Shown: one piece after another, positions 62,015 through 64,000 of the stretch
How the letters are laid out: every line of letters starts with the position of its first letter
How positions within the stretch are numbered: the stretch's first letter is position 1
NCBI GenBank assembly: GCA_963744145.1
Contig: CAVUSO010000001.1
Span: 4,224,001 to 4,288,000, forward strand
DNA length: 64,000 nucleotides
Source of the DNA: an uncultured cyanobacterium
Lineage (GTDB): Bacteria > Cyanobacteriota > Cyanobacteriia > Cyanobacteriales > CAWUOF01
Direction of reading: 5' to 3'
Notes under the pieces: model-generated
Told to the model about the DNA's origin: nothing
What the model saw: the letters and a program-made list of their open reading frames with translations, nothing else
Database searches by the model: none
Position numbers and translations under genes: made by a program

Positions 62015-63049
62015 ATGTCATCAAAATATATGTTTCCCTTTCAATATCCAGTTCCCCAAAAAGATCCTCCGGCTCACCCGCGAGAAACTCTCCCCACCAT
62101 GTATGATCTACCCAGTGAAAACCCGGAGGAACCTGGTTTGCCCGATGAATTTCATGATTGGCAACCTCAATTTTTGAGTGCAACTTTTCGTCCCCGAAAA
62201 TATCCGATCGCGCGAGTATTTAGTGCCAGTGACATGAATCTTTACTATGATGTGCGTCATCCTTTGTGGTACAAACGACCAGATTGGTTTGGAGTCGTGG
62301 GGGTATCGAGATTGTATGATGAAGTTGATTTACGTCTTTCCTATGTGATTTGGCAAGAAGGTGTCAATCCAGTGGTCGTAGTAGAATTGCTCTCACAAGG
62401 AACGGAAAAGGAAGATTTAGGTACTAGAAATATAAAAACTTGGTCTGGAGAAGATGCTTCAGGAACAGGGAATGGAAAAGAAGGGAAACCCCCAAGCAAA
62501 TGGGAAGTATATGAGCAAGTGTTAAGAATTCCCTATTATTTTGTCTTCAGTCGTTATACTAATCAACTGCAAGCATTTCAGTTAGTCGGAGGAAAGTATC
62601 AAGCATGGGAACTAGAATCGCAAGGGAGATGGATTGAAGAATTAGGTTTAGGATTGGGTTTATGGCAAGGCGAATATCAAGGAGTAGAGCGATTATGGTT
62701 ACGTTGGTATGATCAAGAAGGTAATTGGATTCTAACAGAAGCTGAACAGGAACGTCAACGCGCTGAACAACAGGCTCAATTAGCCCAACAAGAGCATCTG
62801 AGAGCTGAACAACAGGCTCAATTAGCTCAACAAGAGCGTCTGAGAGCTGAACAACAGGCTCAATTAGCTCAACAAGAGCGTCTGAGAGCTGAACAACAGG
62901 CTCAATTAGCCCAACAAGAGCATCTGAGAGCTGAACAACAGGCTCAATTAGCCCAACAAGAGCGTCTGAGGGCTGAACAACAAGACCAACAATATCAAGA
63001 TTTGTTGCGAAAATTGCAAGAAAAAGGCATTAATATAGAAGACCTATAA
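62015..63049 (+). CDS. Uma2 family protein with C-terminal 14-aa (42-bp) coiled-coil repeats
   Basis: LPTMYDLPSE, RPDWF, VELLS and (RAEQQAQLAQQE[H/R]L)x5. Confidence 0.88.
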   Translation: MSSKYMFPFQYPVPQKDPPAHPRETLPTMYDLPSENPEEPGLPDEFHDWQPQFLSATFRPRKYPIARVFSASDMNLYYDVRHPLWYKRPDWFGVVGVSRLYDEVDLRLSYVIWQEGVNPVVVVELLSQGTEKEDLGTRNIKTWSGEDASGTGNGKEGKPPSKWEVYEQVLRIPYYFVFSRYTNQLQAFQLVGGKYQAWELESQGRWIEELGLGLGLWQGEYQGVERLWLRWYDQEGNWILTEAEQERQRAEQQAQLAQQEHLRAEQQAQLAQQERLRAEQQAQLAQQERLRAEQQAQLAQQEHLRAEQQAQLAQQERLRAEQQDQQYQDLLRKLQEKGINIEDL

Positions 63050-63113
63050 AATTCAGCAAGCTAGGCAAATTGCGATCGCGATCAATTTCGAGATTAGCGA
63101 TCGCGAATAATTA

Positions 63114-64000
63114 TTAGCTATCTTCGTCTTCTTCTCCAGTATTAATGGATGGTGAGCGTTGGAAGGTAAAGGTAAAAGTATCTCCACTCGCAATTACTCG
63201 TCGGATTTCATCATAGAAAGGATAATTACCAATCCCGCTTAAATAAGCCCAACCGCGCGATCGCGTCAATCCGATAAATAACTGATTACGTAAACTGGGA
63301 TTACCTTCATCTTTAGCTACATGATCGCACCCAATTACATAAACTATATTGGCTTCATTTCCTTTAGCGCGGGGAGGACGGGATATAGTTACTCCTCCCT
63401 GATACCAAAAACGATCAGGATCATTTTCCGGATATTTAGGGTTAAGTTGATTCAAACGTATGGCACTAGGAATATAGATTTTAATTCCTGACTCCATTAA
63501 AAACTTACCCACTTCATTTTCTAAGTTGAGTGCATCTAATCGAGTTCCTAAAACCACTACCAAAATATCTTGACTTGGTTTTAATTCATCATATTGAAGA
63601 TTATATTTAATCTTCTCAACCACCGCAGCTAATTCCTCAGCTCGAGAGTTATAAGTGGTAAACTCTAATAAAGGTTCATCCCAATATTTGGGAATTGGAT
63701 TAGGAGAATTTTCTGGGGGTCGTTGCAAAATAATTTGTTGTCCAGGAGGAGAAAAACTACCTTTAATCACTTTATAACCAATTGCATCCCAACTTTTTTG
63801 ATTGGTTAATCCAGCTACCATTCCATTTGGACGTAATAATCCCATCCCGATCGCATGAGCCGCAGTTAAGATTGTCCCAGGAGTACGATAACAGCGTTGG
63901 ATGATCTCACTTTTTTTAATGTTCCCTTTATGTCTCCCTGTCACTAATTTAGTTAAGCGATCGCCAAACAATTCTTTAGCCATCGGAATTTTGGTACTAT
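63114..64000 (-). CDS. Superfamily I helicase C-terminal part (gene starts beyond the window)
   Basis: CYRTP, AKGNEA and LFIGLTRSR motifs. Confidence 0.8.
   Translation of the reverse strand, partial: STKIPMAKELFGDRLTKLVTGRHKGNIKKSEIIQRCYRTPGTILTAAHAIGMGLLRPNGMVAGLTNQKSWDAIGYKVIKGSFSPPGQQIILQRPPENSPNPIPKYWDEPLLEFTTYNSRAEELAAVVEKIKYNLQYDELKPSQDILVVVLGTRLDALNLENEVGKFLMESGIKIYIPSAIRLNQLNPKYPENDPDRFWYQGGVTISRPPRAKGNEANIVYVIGCDHVAKDEGNPSLRNQLFIGLTRSRGWAYLSGIGNYPFYDEIRRVIASGDTFTFTFQRSPSINTGEEDEDS

Overview
AT-rich cyanobacterial chromosome segment (the HIP1 octamer GCGATCGC is frequent). Housekeeping genes (metF part, mfd, cimA, a Cu-ATPase, fused thiO-thiG, psb34, tRNA-Thr) alternate with accessory DNA. 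The most notable features are: (1) a PP2C / kinase / nicotinamidase-like hydrolase / vWA operon, which is a TerY-P-like triad with an added hydrolase; (2) a PqqD-like / ATP-grasp / PLP-decarboxylase / urea-transporter-M23 operon divergent from a CusRS/CzcRS-like two-component system; (3) a 2.1-kb tandem array of 309/333-bp units, each carrying a diverged copy of the mfd 3' end, REP hairpins and an optional 24-bp mini-insert; (4) a mosaic Uma2 gene array with a conserved ~70-bp palindrome after most genes; (5) a defence island with HipA-HIRAN and a caspase-NB-ARC protein with hypervariable 31-aa repeats plus a small partner gene; (6) MITEs with 10-bp target duplications centred on TATAAT; and (7) several HIP1-bounded collapsed duplications and single-lesion pseudogenes. 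There is no CRISPR array, integrase, transposase or reverse transcriptase in the window. All family assignments come from reading motifs by eye, not from database searches.
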